A DNA stretch of 60,148 bases, the filler included, from Dimargaris cristalligena (lineage: Eukaryota): assembly GCA_003614675.1 (NCBI GenBank). It is 6 parts of 6 records of this genome, joined end to end, with 100 filler letters (N's around TTAATTAATTAA, not from the genome) between each part and the next. Parts side by side here need not be neighbours in the genome. Positions count along the whole stretch, not along the records: positions 1 to 9,967 come from ML003216.1; positions 10,068 to 20,030 come from ML003217.1; 4 more parts are not named here. One strand, given 5' to 3'. Made by a program: the position numbers and the translations under genes. The notes below the pieces were generated by a model that made no database searches, was not told the origin of the DNA, and worked only from the letters and a program-made list of their open reading frames with translations. Of the stretch, positions 1-13,451 are shown one piece after another. Numbering within the stretch: position 1 is the first letter of the stretch; every line of letters starts with the position of its first letter.

Positions 1-1460
1 CCTTTCTCTATTATCATCTATCTTTTCAAATAAAGTTCAGTTTTCAAGGATTTGAGATCAATTCTTTACAGATGGTCTAACAATAAAATTAGAACAATGA
101 TAAGTGGCTCAGTAACTTCATAAATGCTAGATAGGAGTAATATTTATATATATATACATTGGAGTTCATTTGGGGTCTTCGTAATTACTAGAGCATATCA
201 TCAGACTTAGTTGGAGATAATTGATGCTTTGTTGAATGTTAGTGGAAATTATAATGGGTGGAGGTGGAGTATTAGCACTAAACTATGAGAGTTGGTTACA
301 TTTGGGACTGTTACCTAGTATGTTAGTCCAGGGCTGTTGCACAACTCTCAAATATAATTAGTTCAGCTGGACTTATGGGCATTACTGTCTAATGGCTTTA
401 GGTTATGATATATAAGACAGTATCAAATATATATTATTGAATAAAGCTGCAATCAACTAAGTGTATATTACTTACCCTTACTTGCCAGGTTTTTATTAAT
501 CTGCTGGATTCTTAGCTATAACCCATCAGTGGCTGTTAATAAGTTTATTGGTACATATTGAATGTTTCCTTTGGCCTTGATAACACAATGGTCATTTTGG
601 CTAACCCATTGGCTAGTTATTAAAATGGACAGAAGTCTGTATAAAAAAGTACAGAACAATGATTAGCCTTGGCAGTTAGTACAATATTAAGTTATTATAT
701 ATGCCCCCACTCAGTACACTGGTAATCATAAATAGAGTAATTCCCCTTCTAGAGCTCCTTGCTGCAATGCAGGACCATTTCCCCCTGGTTTTTGTAGTGA
801 TGGCCTACTTATATAGGGGGGATGAGCTGCAGTGGCAGAGTCTTCTGGAGAGTGTGTGTATTGCAGCTTGAATCACGCGCCCTTCAAAAATTTATACTCT
901 ATACAGTTGAAACCAATTTCCCCCATTAGACGAACACATATATATATATTTATAGCTAATCTATAAAAAAGGGATTGGTCACTCTCACTCACTAACTAGC
1001 GAGAGTGAGTAATAATGGATTGGCCTACCAGCGAGTGAGTGAGGCGCGCCCTCCTCTCCTCTTCCTCAAATCAGCATGATTTCTGCAATGTGGTTCTAAC
1101 CTAAAAATGACCCGCCGCCCCCCCAAAAAAAGACGAGAGGACCCTTGCTTGCTTTGACGGTTTCGGATCACTGACCTCGCTCGCTCCTTATTTTTTCCGC
1201 ATTTCGCTCTTACTTTACTACTTCTTTACTTTTCTTAAGTTTTCTTTTGGCACCTCATTGGGAGGACTTCGGTAGCTTGTGATGCAGCAGCACCAACTTC
1301 TGTAATTCTGTATATATACTTATCCATCTATATCTCTATATTTATATGTTGGCGTATTACTCTCTGTAACGTCCTCGTTTGGAATCCACCCGCATTACCT
1401 AATAAACCACTCCCCCCTCCCCTCCCGGTTCACCCGATCCCTCCAACCCACTTTACTCTC

Positions 1461-2171
1461 ATGTCGGCCGTCAAGCCGACTGGCGCGCTGGCCAGCCCCA
1501 GCAGTTACCTTAAACCCAACAGTGCCCGTCTCTCCCGCAGTGTATCGGCCCTCAGTTTCGGTCGCCGGTCGCGTGCGCATACTATCCATGGCTCGGGTCT
1601 GGCCCCGGCTTCCTTTCTAACGTCATCCTCGATACCCCCATCAACTAAGGGGGTGCCTCGGTTGCATACGCTATCCCGTGCCTTCACTGCCCACGGTGGA
1701 CCCCGGCCGTCACATTCTTACCTCCAAACCCTGCAGGACTACTACGACGTCGCTGAGAGTGCCCACCGAACTGCCGCCGCCGCTACCATCCAAGATTCCA
1801 CTACCGGCTTCCCAACGTCATCAAATGGCGACAGCCTGCCTCCTCCGTCTTCATCAGTGACCCAATACTTTACAAGTCAATTGGCCGATTTGTGGACCCC
1901 GGCTGTACCTACGGACGATACCCATGGTCATTCTGCAATCACCACCCCATCGACCTCCATAGATAAATCCGCCCCGAACTGGCTCAGTAATTTCTCGGCT
2001 TTCGAGGGACTCAATTCCAATACCATGGGCCTTAGTCTCAACTCAACCCTGCTAGTACAGCAAATGCTGTTCGAAGAACCTTTGGATTCGGAGACCCCTG
2101 AAGCCGGTAAACAGTCCACGGCTAAATCTTCGACTTGGGTGCCAGCCACCAACCGTCAACGGCATAATTAA
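1461..2171 (+). CDS. Hypothetical Ser/Thr/Pro-rich, probably disordered protein (236 aa)
   Basis: ATG-started 711-nt ORF that is GC-richer than its flanks, with a pyrimidine-rich leader and AT-rich 3' region. No recognisable domain. Confidence 0.5.
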   Translation: MSAVKPTGALASPSSYLKPNSARLSRSVSALSFGRRSRAHTIHGSGLAPASFLTSSSIPPSTKGVPRLHTLSRAFTAHGGPRPSHSYLQTLQDYYDVAESAHRTAAAATIQDSTTGFPTSSNGDSLPPPSSSVTQYFTSQLADLWTPAVPTDDTHGHSAITTPSTSIDKSAPNWLSNFSAFEGLNSNTMGLSLNSTLLVQQMLFEEPLDSETPEAGKQSTAKSSTWVPATNRQRHN

Positions 2172-5100
2172 CTCACTTCCTATTTTTTAACCAAAAAACG
2201 CCGATAATTCCACCACCGGCTATCCCCTCTCCTTCTTTTTTTTTCTTTTCTCAGCCCACGGCTTCATTTGCATTACCCTAATTCTTTTTCATCCTTTATA
2301 GCGGTCATCGTAAAGGCGGTCGGTTGTTCCGAACTACTGACTTTTTGTCGACACTTGCCTCACCTCTATTATTTAATTATGTATTTATTGCTTCATTAAA
2401 AGTTACGTTTACTGTTTACTTTGGTTCTAATACCTGTTTATTGCCAAAATGAGTCGAAACCTGGTCTTCCGGGGACTGGTATTTGAGTAAAGTCGTATCT
2501 CCGGTCCCGGGTCTGACCAAGTAAGTGATTGTTGGTACAAGATCGGGATTGACGTCATACTGCCAAGGGTCCAGGTGAAAATTGGCAATTTCCTTAGCCT
2601 AATATAATTAGTGAACGCGGCCATATTATAGGCCAGTAGAAAAAAAGACAATATCGGGATGACGTATATATGTTATTAAGGCCAGTGTGCCATCAGACCC
2701 ATAAATAGCTTTCTACATCAATTGACTGGGCTCTGAACAAGTACAAATACCTTATCCCCAACCTTAATTGAATTGCCATTATTCCGTTTCAGAATAAACA
2801 ATGCACGTACCCCTCTATTAAAGGACATTCGCCATCCTGGCCGTCATATTCCGTGTAGAATGTACTCAACTAGGCGATTCTACGAAAGTTGCCTTGGCTT
2901 ACTGAATTAAATGTAAATGCTTCACCCGGGTTTCCCTTTTTGCCTGACTCACAAGTCTTATACATTTGAGTTCGATTTTTCACATGTGGATCCAATAACT
3001 GAATTATTACTTTTTCAATAAAAAATATTGCGCGCCTCCCGGTTATGGTCAGAGGTCACACGTCTTCTAAATTTGAGTAAGAATCGTGATTGGGGGTATA
3101 TTATTAAGGCGATGATCACGAAACCCTTACTTCAAAAAGTAGGTATATTATGGCTATTACTCCTACAACACCAATTTTTCCTCCCGCCACATAGGTTGGT
3201 TTTTTTCTACCACCCCCAACCATCAGTGGGAAACATCAGTCACATGAACTTACACCACAGCAATTAAATTATACGCTCTTAGTTTTACAGACATGCATAC
3301 CCATTTATATATATAGATATATTCATATTCATTTACAGTTCACTCCAATGAAGTGAACCTGAAAACGAGAAGAAACGAAGGAAACCGAAATGACACCATC
3401 GTAAATAAAGGGGGCCCTTGGGGGTGGAGGGAGTGAGAAAGATTGTGGTCAGCACAGAATCGGCCATGTCCACCTTTACCTGACATGCCATTGGTTGGCA
3501 GTACTTTACCAAGCCCAACCGGGCCGGTATGAATAAACAAAGCCGTCAAAAAAACGGGAAGGGAAATAAATACAGACACGGGTAAGGTGAAGCGAAATGA
3601 ACAAGAGAAGGGGGAATTGCCCATTGTTAAACAATAGGGCGGGGGATGATGAGGGATTGATGTGTAACAGAGAGAGGGGCGCGGGGGACAGGCATGAAAC
3701 CCGCCCACCCCCCCTAGAGCAACCAGTCTGGTGTGCAGGTGCGGGTCCGTGGTTTTACACGGCCAGAGCAAACGGCTTCTTCCAATTTGCAAAACGGGGT
3801 TATTGATTCCGTCTCCAAGGGAGAGTGGTGTGTATACACGGGTGTGCTTCAAGTGATGGATACAGACACCACGGACAAGTAAAAGGTTTCAATGGCTATA
3901 TCAGACCGCGGGAAATCACCGCCAAGGAAAGAAGGGTAAATACCAATGAGGCCATTTAAAGAACCAAGGCGGCGAGTGTCGTGTCTACTTCCCCTCTCTC
4001 CGTACTTGTGAGAGAAGGGAAATTAACGGGAGGGGGAAGTAAAGTTCGCCTTTTTCACAAATGGAATTGGCCACCTCTTAATCATTACAACACTTAGCAT
4101 GGCCGATATAGTTTCAAATGGAGGGGAGGAGTGCCACCTATGTCAATCAACGGGGCTCAAAATCATGCCGGTTGCACTATTTGCGGGAACCTTACAAGTC
4201 AGAGAATCTAAATAAGAGGCTGGCAATTTATACGTCACGAGGGACAAAAAAGATCCTTCATTGTTAGTGGATGAGTATGGCCCGCCTCCCTCACCCTGGC
4301 ACCCAGTTGAACTGCCCCTTTAGTCCAACCCAATTTTATTGATATATATACTTGGTTAGCCAACAACGACATGTGCATCCGGTTGTCGAAAAACGGGTTG
4401 TGACGCTTTCCAGGTCACGCATCTTTCTCGCCCTCCTTGTACGTTCCCGGCGTGTTTCCAGGCATCGTTTGCCCAGACATGCGGCTTAAACTATGTCAAA
4501 TTTTCACCCAATATTTGAAAATAAGGCAACTCACTGAAGAGTTGATTGGTTTCTCACTCTCATGTTTCAAGACAATTCATAAGCGACAGATTACATGCTT
4601 CGAGACCTTACTTTAAATTACTGCGAGGGTAAATTCAATGGCAATTACACACCCATCTATACAAGTTATTAAGGATTCGTTGGCTAATCCAGCTCACCGT
4701 GGACACTTACCCCCCCCCCCTCGTCGGACTTTATCCCCCCCTCCTTGTTTGGCCGCTACTTCAACCATCACCCTTAGGCTGAAAGCGTACAATTTTAAAA
4801 TAGCCGGCTGAATGGGATTCCTGGACTCTCGCTCTTTACACCCAACAGTACAATTCTAATACACTATGCACTGAACCAGTCACCTCCCCCTCGTCCCCCA
4901 TATTACTATTCTTCCCCGTATCCACCAGCCTTACCCCCCTGCTGGATCGGATCATCCGAGGCTAATTTCACCCACTAACCGCCCCAAGTGTGCCTTACTT
5001 TCCTTCTCTGGATTGGTATTTACCTACCCCCGCGCCCCTCTAAACCCTAGCAAGCAATACCCTAATCGGCACCCTTTACCCCAGCGGAATAGCAGTCACT

Positions 5101-8100
5101 GCATTCCGCTGAAGGAGACACGCTCCATAGCATAGCGTATAGGTCCGCGGTATAATTCTACCGTTTTTTTAAAAATAATAATCAATTCGGAAGGCCCCGA
5201 ATCGATCAGATGGATAGGTGGAAGTCCCCTGTTGTTTTGGGTCAATCCGCCCCTATCAGATCCTAAAGGGGCTCTCGTTCCTGACTATTCCGAAAAATAA
5301 TATGATATAACAAGTGATTGCCAAATCCAATGGGGCCAGCTTATCCCTATCTCCAATCATCATTGAAAATCCTACTCCTCCTATTATTACTCTACGCTAT
5401 AACAGAAGCTGCCGATGGTGAAGAACTTGCCAATTCCTGTTCCTCTTCCTTGTGAGACTGTATTTACGGTTCAGGCATTAGTTAGTCGCCAGTATTGGCA
5501 GTCGGGGCAATTAAATGACCAAGGGGAGGGGGGGTGCCATCGATAACCACTGTGATGGCGGTGGCCCTGGTGACTCACGCCGCTCACAGTGAAGGGGTCA
5601 ACTGAGCATCGGTCTTACCTTTAATTTCCCCCTTGTCCATTCCATCATTCCGCCCATTTGACTCCAAAACAGTATACATGTTTACGAAAGATCAAGGCGG
5701 TATATTGGGACTATAACGGTTTATTCAAACGCAAATGTTTATCCTTACAATAGCCTCTACGACAATCACTACAACTTGGCGGGTTCTTTGTTACGGTACT
5801 TTCATTACCTTCACCTTTCCTTAACCCCGATCTACCTTGACTTTAGTGTAGCCCTTCACATTTCTGCCGCATGGCTCATCCCCCTCTCACCAAGAAAATG
5901 GGATAAATAAAGATGAAATAATGAAGGATAAACACCCCCGTAATCGAAACAATCAAACCGGGCGATACTCTAATTCCCAACCCAATTGAGAATACTTTCG
6001 AAAATGAATTTCGACCCAAGGTTGGGGCAAGTATCGAATTTGGGGTACACCGGGTCTAGTCACATGGTTGACTAGAACATGCACACCTTGATGGACGAAG
6101 TGCTTCGGTGGTATAAGGAGACGGCCAAAATGCCACAATGAGGAACTAGGTGCAGCGGGCGACAGACACTGATGGAACCGTATGTCGAATGACCGACTAG
6201 CCCCTAGTATGCGCCTCCCTCTGGTAGACTATTTTGCCTATTCACCTGTACACAGCCGTAGCGTAACGGGTATACTCGGTGATTCATATCCGCTGGCCAT
6301 TTGTTTGCCTGGATTGCCATTATCCCGGAAGCCTCGCATGCCGGACCATTGCAGAAGGTGGGGGAGGTTCTTCATTCGTCTGGAGAGAGCCCTTCCCAAT
6401 GCCCAGTCATCGATGAAGTCACGACTCACCCAAGTAAGATCGACATCAGTTGCCGTAGTTGTTCGTGGTCAAGTTACCCATGCCGATATGGTGGCTTAAA
6501 GTCACTGGGAACCAATCAACTACTAGAAGGGATATACGTTAGTTAATTTTGTCAGCAACAGTCGGTTTATACCACTCAAAAGGTGAAAGGGAGGAGGAAG
6601 GGGATGTAGAGACCTGCGCACTATAGCCCCCAACAAAAACCAGTCCGAAGGCGTCATTGGAATTGCCAATGTTTTAGTAATAACCCCACTTATATATTGT
6701 TGTTTTTGGGGGGAGAGATGATTGAAGCAATGTCTAAATGGAAAGTCCGAGGCCCAATTGGACTGTGAAGCATATTGCATAAAAGGCCCCAGTGGTGGTG
6801 TTCTTCTTATTACAAACGTGGCAGATTTGGAAAGATCTCGAGGCGTACAGCGGGGTTAGGCACCCAACGGCATTCATATTACGCCATTATGGTTAAAGCC
6901 GGGGGGGTTCACAGTGAGGGTTGGCCCGGTAGGACCAACTACGTAATCGAGCAGCTCGACTGTTGCGTCCCTCCGCCCGTCCGCTATAGCGCTGTGGTAA
7001 CGAACAAACGGCGGGTCTGTTCAGCACTCGGACAAACCGTTCCATATACGTCGATGCTTGGGCAACGTTTTTGGAGGTGGTTGTGATGAACAGAACTGTG
7101 TGTGCACCTACCGCCTTGACCGCGAGACTCGCCTACCTCCCTCCATACATGGACGACGCGGTTTCTAACACGACATCCCCCCCTCTCTCCTTCTCCTCCC
7201 TCTCTTCACCCTTCACAGCCTGGTAAATAGTTGCCGTGGGTGGTGGTCGTCCATTCTCTCATAGTGCAGTTTAGCTAAAGCCACCGTACCAGGAGTTAAA
7301 TGAGTTCCATAATGTAACCTAAATAGGAGGTCAGTTGTTTGGCAGTGAATGAGGAAATCGTCTTTAGGAGTTGGCAAGCTTAGAAAAAAATCCCAAGTAA
7401 AAAAAGCCGACCAGTCGCTAGGAGGAGAGAAAGAGAGAGGGGTTTCCCCAATGCTACTGGAAGTTGGTGGGTGGGCAATCTAGCTGATGAGATGGCCCGT
7501 GACCCTTTTTTCCTATACTGCGGGGCTCTTTGACGACAAAGTGGTCCATTCATTATTTACACGTTGTGTTGTTGAGTCCTGAGAAACGGTCACTTCCGGC
7601 TGGGTGGTCTTTCCTCACCTTCCTTCCTCATCATCCCCCCTCTTATGTTATTACCAACCGATCCCACACCCGTCTAGATATAGACATCCCCTCTTTCAAC
7701 CGATAGGGTTGCCGGCGAATGGCTGCTGACGAAGCAATGGTTGCACAAGCGAGGGATACTTCCACCAACTGACAAATAGCCAGTGGCTTAGCGTGATATT
7801 TGGAACAATGGGCCGGTAGAGCACATCCTTCGAAGGTGAAGGAGGGGGGTGGGGAAAAAACGGAATATTATTGGAATTCGACAGTAAATACTGGAAAGAG
7901 GGGGAAGGGAAGGGAAGGGTAGGGCAGTCAGGCAGCCAATTCCAAAGAGATTGCTTACTTAGCGACCGAGGCAAACGATGTTGTCATATTATATAGTATT
8001 AACCAGCGCCTGCTTTTAGTCCTGGGTCAATCAGCGAATTCTGATTAGTGGATGAACCCGTGTGCGGATGCTGTTGTTCGCCCATCCATCCCCCTCCTCT

Positions 8101-8270
8101 CTCTTTTCCATCGCCTCAACGGTGCTGTCGATCGTCTATCGAATATGCTTCTCCATGGAGGGTGTGGGCACAATTGCATGATCGCTTATCAGTCTTATTT
8201 GGGCGTGCAATCCGACGGGACAATCCTAACTAGGGGGATGTGTGGTGATAATCATCAGCGTATATACTGC

Positions 8271-8323
8271 AATACTAATACTAATACTAAAAATAATAAT
8301 ACTATTATTATTATTATTATTAT
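8271..8323. repeat. Compound microsatellite (AATACT)n/(AAT)n/(ATT)n
   Basis: Read directly from the sequence. Confidence 0.8.
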
Positions 8324-9259
8324 AGCTTAGCACAAGTATTTCGTGGTGCGGTGGCTTTCAACTGGACGATAAAGACAAGAGGGGGGCATTTCGAGCAATG
8401 GGATTTCAGCAAATGGACACGCGGGTCGGATTTTGGCAAGTCACACGTACCGCGGCGTTGTTCGGGCGGGGGTGACGCCTAAATTCCTGGACCCTTTTTA
8501 ATTTAGCCCAGTGGAATATTAATAACCACCAACCATTCATATAGCTGGGTAATGGACGACCTTTTCTTTACCCTCCTTAATTTCCATGGATACTGCGATG
8601 GAAATGGAAGAGACTGTGATCATAATTGACTGGTGAACAATGTGGGTGAGTTTAGGGAATTTCCTCCCCACACCCCTCCGGCGAACAACTTTCAGGGAAT
8701 GACTATCCCGACTATCGGATAGGTATCAAACCCAAGGCCCGGGGTATGTAAGTAGCCGTGAGATGAAGGGGTAGAATAATGAGAGCAGTGATGGACCGGG
8801 GGGAAGAGGTAAGTAGGGTGTAGGTATTGTATGTGTGTGTGGTGTGGATGGGCTGAATGAAGAGAACAACGAATTAGCGCCCGCCCAATGCGGCATGTGC
8901 GGCGGAGCACAGGTGCAGGAGAGCAAGGGAAGGGAATTTGGTCGGATGCTCGACCACTATTAGTCAATTGACAATTAGCAGCAGGGATACCTAGAATACG
9001 CCTGTGGTTATAATAGGGTCTCTAGGGCAGTGGCAGCCAATGGTAAAGGGGAAAGGGACCGTCATGGGCCCACCACACCCACCCAATCACCCTCTCTTCT
9101 ATACTATGCTATAGCCCCCCTCTTCTCCCACTGTGTGCGTGTGTTGTTCCTCCCCCTCCTCTTCCCCCTCTTTCATCGTCTATTTTCCTTCCTATACAAC
9201 CAGGGAGTGTGCGCATACACGCTGCACCAAGTAGCATAATTATTCGACCGTCACCGTCG

Positions 9260-9967
9260 GAGTGCACGTGACTGGGCTGCATTGCTACATGGGCATTGGT
9301 GCGGCCCCGTATAAATATCCAGCCTTGTCCTCCCGTCCCTCTATGCATTTCGTATTCTTTTTCTCCTGCCGTATAATAACCTCTCATTCATCCAATACAA
9401 AACTCTTTTCTCCGATACTTTTTTAACCGCATTTATTTTGCCGGCAGAGCTGCTTGGTTTTAGTCTCTTTATTCGCCCTTTCTTTGCTACTCTAGTACTC
9501 TCCTTTATCCCTTCTTTTAAATTGATTGATATATTCTCTCCTCGCTATTCGGCTATTCTCCTCCGCTTTCCCTCTAGTGACTTATTAAGGTTGGTATTCG
9601 CGTCTTTTTTACGCCTTCGCTTATTGCATTGGCCATATACTTTTACTTGTTGACTCATACCCTTTTGGTCTCGGTGCTCCGGCCTCTGTGTCAAGTGGTG
9701 TTTCGCTGTCCAAACCGGTTGGTGGTCGTCTCCCCTGTGTGTTCCTGTCGTTTTAGGCTCCTTGTATCGTCTTGTTCGCTTTTGTCCTCTTTCATTTTAT
9801 GCCTGGCTTAATTAGCCCTTATTCCCCCACCACACACCACCTTTTGTAGGTGACACTGATTCCAAGACCACCTTTGCGCATGCGTCCATTCCCCCTTCTA
9901 GTTCTAGTATAAGCTTGCCATATTAACAGTCTCTCACTCTAATCTATTTTACTTGTCCCACCCCCCC
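9260..9967 (+). promoter_or_regulatory. Probable Pol II promoter and 5' leader of a gene cut off by the contig end
   Basis: CACGTG E-box near 9266, reverse CCAAT near 9295, TATAAATA at 9310-9317. Followed by ~650 nt of strongly pyrimidine-rich leader with an acceptor-like TTTTGTAG|G near 9849. Confidence 0.4.
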
Positions 9968-10067
9968 NNNNNNNNNNNNNNNNNNNNNNNNNNNNNNNNN
10001 NNNNNNNNNNNTTAATTAATTAANNNNNNNNNNNNNNNNNNNNNNNNNNNNNNNNNNNNNNNNNNNN
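9968..10067. other. Artificial contig spacer (N44-TTAATTAATTAA-N44)
   Basis: Stop codons in all six frames embedded in Ns; identical at five positions. Confidence 0.99.
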
Positions 10068-13000
10068 TGGGTGGCCTCCATTATTACATTTATCTTCCAA
10101 ATTAGTTCTCTTCATTATTCATTGCCGTCAATTGTGTATTCTGGCACTATAATAACATCCACCCTGGCCTACTAGCAAGACGGACCTTGAGCATCACCAG
10201 GTCACTGTACTTGTGTTTGTTCCTATCACCGACTTTCTTATAGATACCCTGCTGATGTTCTCTCAATAAAGGCCGACAGTTTTATACCATTTGATTTACT
10301 CTTAATTGTTCTCGATACCCGGCGCCATCTTGTCCATATTCCTATTGGTCCCAAGCCCATCCAGTGTGCCCAGCCTGTCCCTGTCTGGAGTCCAGGCAAG
10401 CAGTGTCCCCGCCAAGGGCGAGTTTTCCACCCGTGATATTAGTTTCCAACAAAACTGTCACCGATTAAGCCAGTGCGAACCTAAGGTTAACGACTTTATT
10501 GTAATGCGGCATTAAGTTCTGCCACAACAATGGTAAACATAAATCTATATATAAAAGAAAAACGATCGTTATTATGTATATCACTATATTTTAGTCTAGC
10601 TTTTTAAAAACAGTTTCGAGGTTTCAATTTCCAGAATTAGAATTATTTCAGCAAACAAATACGCACTTGATGGGCGAGGAAATACCCCTGTGAAGTAGTG
10701 GTGTGTAGAGTAACTGATGTAGTCTATCCCAGTATATTCCAGTTTATTCCTCCCCCATCAATTTTAAAATGCCTTGCTTTGAATCCTCCACTAGAATTAC
10801 ATGATTTTCTGGGCGTTTCAAAGTGGGGAGTCGCCCAGGGAAGATTGTCTTAAGCAATGTGATGAGAGTAAACTGCTGGTTCAATTCTCTATGCTCAAAC
10901 CAAATATTCTCGAATATAGATATGATAATGTTAAACACCAACTAGAAGAGAATATTGTGACCAATATTATTACTGTTCATTAACTGGTGTGTACCGCCAC
11001 CGTAACCCCTTATAGTGACAACGCCGATAGAACATATAACCTCCGCGGCCACTTTACAAAAACTTTGATAGTAGATTACCGAAAGATTCCCCATTAGTCT
11101 CACCATCTTTCCTTGTTCTTGGGGGGGAGGGGGTTCCTTCCTGTTATTATTCACTTTTATACTCCTAGCTGACTACTGGGCTACGGAAACTGGTTCAAGC
11201 GGCCCCACTATAAATGGATCAAATGGGTAGATGGATATCTGGAACCAAATAGTGGTTGAAAGCTCATGACCTATGGATGGGCTATACATTGGGTCTATAT
11301 ATATTCACCAACATGTGACCTATGTCTATCATTTAATACAGCCGCCATCATTACTAATGTATGGGGGGCCAATGAAGTGGGGTAGTAGCAAAATGGGAGG
11401 ATGTGGTGAGACATTATCCCAAGAAAATTGGGAACCGTCTGCTATAAAAGTCACCGACGTTTCCTCATTATCTAAGCAGCATGTTTTTACACGGTCTTGC
11501 CCCTTCCCCTGGACTCCTAATATAAGCTCCTTAATAGACCAGACACGTAGTGGGCATTTCTGTTCTTTAATATCTACTCAGCAAGGTGGCTACCAATTTT
11601 GTACCGGGAGCTCCCCTTACAACATATCACTTATTGATGCTGGGTCTACTCCCTCATCTTGCTTGACCCACCATTTACTGAAAAATTGTGAATACTCCAC
11701 AAAGTTGTATCAGGCAGCAGATCGGGATGATATGCACTTATCGGCTACCATCATAACCAATAGCTACCGCTACCCTGCCACAGAGAGATACTTTCTCTTG
11801 CTAGTGTAATACCTATCTGATAACCAACGCAGATGGCCAAAGGGGCAATCGTATTTCTAGTCAGTAAACTGCTCCGGTAGGCTGTAGTTCTTTTTACTTT
11901 TAAAGAGGGTCCATTGGTTAGACTAAAAAGGTGAAAAACTCAAGAATCTACTCAATGGCTTACCGGCCCAGAAAAAGTTCAAACCAGGAAATATAGATTA
12001 CACTCGTAGGTAAATATGATTTGGATTATTCTTAAGTACCAGTACGTAAAAGTTACTAATTGACAAAATATTTTGTGACAACTCCGTCATGACCTAAAAC
12101 ATAGATGGGCGATGGACTAGCCAGCAGGTGAATAATGTGTTTGAGAAAACTGCTGAGGTGAATCCAGAGAACAGTATTATGGTTCAAGAAGCTGTGCATT
12201 TTTCTTCTTCTAGTCGGATATTTTCTGGGACCTGGGAAAGGCCACTGTTCAAGATCTCTGGAAGGTCTCGGTAACTCGACGTGTGTTCTCAAAGTGCTCT
12301 CACTGGCAACCAATTTCCCTGCCAGCTTTAACGTTACTTCACCAGTCACCTTAATTAGGAGATTAGAGCTGAATTCGTGACCATAATGTATTCTGTACTT
12401 GGTACCTAGCGACCGGGGAGGTGACTTTTTTCTCAGTGTCACGGTCATTGTAATCTTAAGTGCGGAGGGCAAGATAAATAATTAAAGAGATGCACTATAA
12501 TACCAACTTGATATGCAGCCCCCGGCAAGATTCCCGAACTTACCACTTAATATAATGTCCCTAACTAAGGGTGAATAGACTACATAGTGCTGCACTATTT
12601 TACTACTGCTACTTAAGATGGTTGTTGGAATGAAAGTGAACCACGGATACAAGTATTTATAAACACCTAACCTTTACAAAAATAATGAGAACAAATTCTA
12701 GATTGACTCTGGCTGACAGTGGCTTCTTCCTTGATTGCATCCAGGCATTCATTCAGGTTGGAGCACTAACCTTAATCTTTAGGTTTACTGGTAGAAATTA
12801 AACCTTTGGAGTGATGCCGGTACCGTTGAGTGTTGTAAGTGGCGGGAGCTATAAATATAACCTTGTCCCACTCACGCTTTCTAACCTACGTTAGAATTGT
12901 CAGGGCGTCCCTCTCATGGCACTCTTGAAATTTCTAGAAATCAGATCATCGAAAGCGTTTCCCGAATTACCCTACAAACCAATAAATGTAAAATGATATT

Positions 13001-13451
13001 TAATATCCAGTTTCCTCTCAATTTAGGAAACCCAAAAGGTGCCTTGGAAACCTAGTTGGGTATCACCTATTTATGACGGGACTCGTTTGTCTTTAATGTA
13101 CGAAACGACGCCTATGGCCATTCTGACTCGTGATCCGCAATCCCAATCACGCTTAGTAGAACCATTGGTGGTTTTATTTTTCGTATCCACATTTTATTCT
13201 CGGAAATCCTGCAACTATTGTATCATATTTATCATCGTTAAGATTGCCCAACTAACGTGCAGAACCATGTACATAGCCCGCCGTCGCGTGGTAAATATAG
13301 CCTAATTCATCTCCTTTTTACTGTCAGCCGCCGATTTTGCTCACCACCTCATAATATAAAGGGTAGGTACCTTTCGATGCGACACAAATTACATATTTAT
13401 GATCCACCGACTGCCCCAGATAACTTACATGGTATAATTTATTCGACATCG

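Noticed and set aside
2935-2995. tRNA-like GTTCGA motif
   Set aside because: No cloverleaf stems can be formed.
5220-5340. RNase MRP-like GGAAGTCCCC / GGGGCT motifs
   Set aside because: Spacing is too short and other conserved elements are not evident.
11273-12472. 178-aa and 138-aa ORFs in contig 2, and the 211-aa ORF at 28969-29604
   Set aside because: No domain, no codon bias, composition like non-coding DNA.
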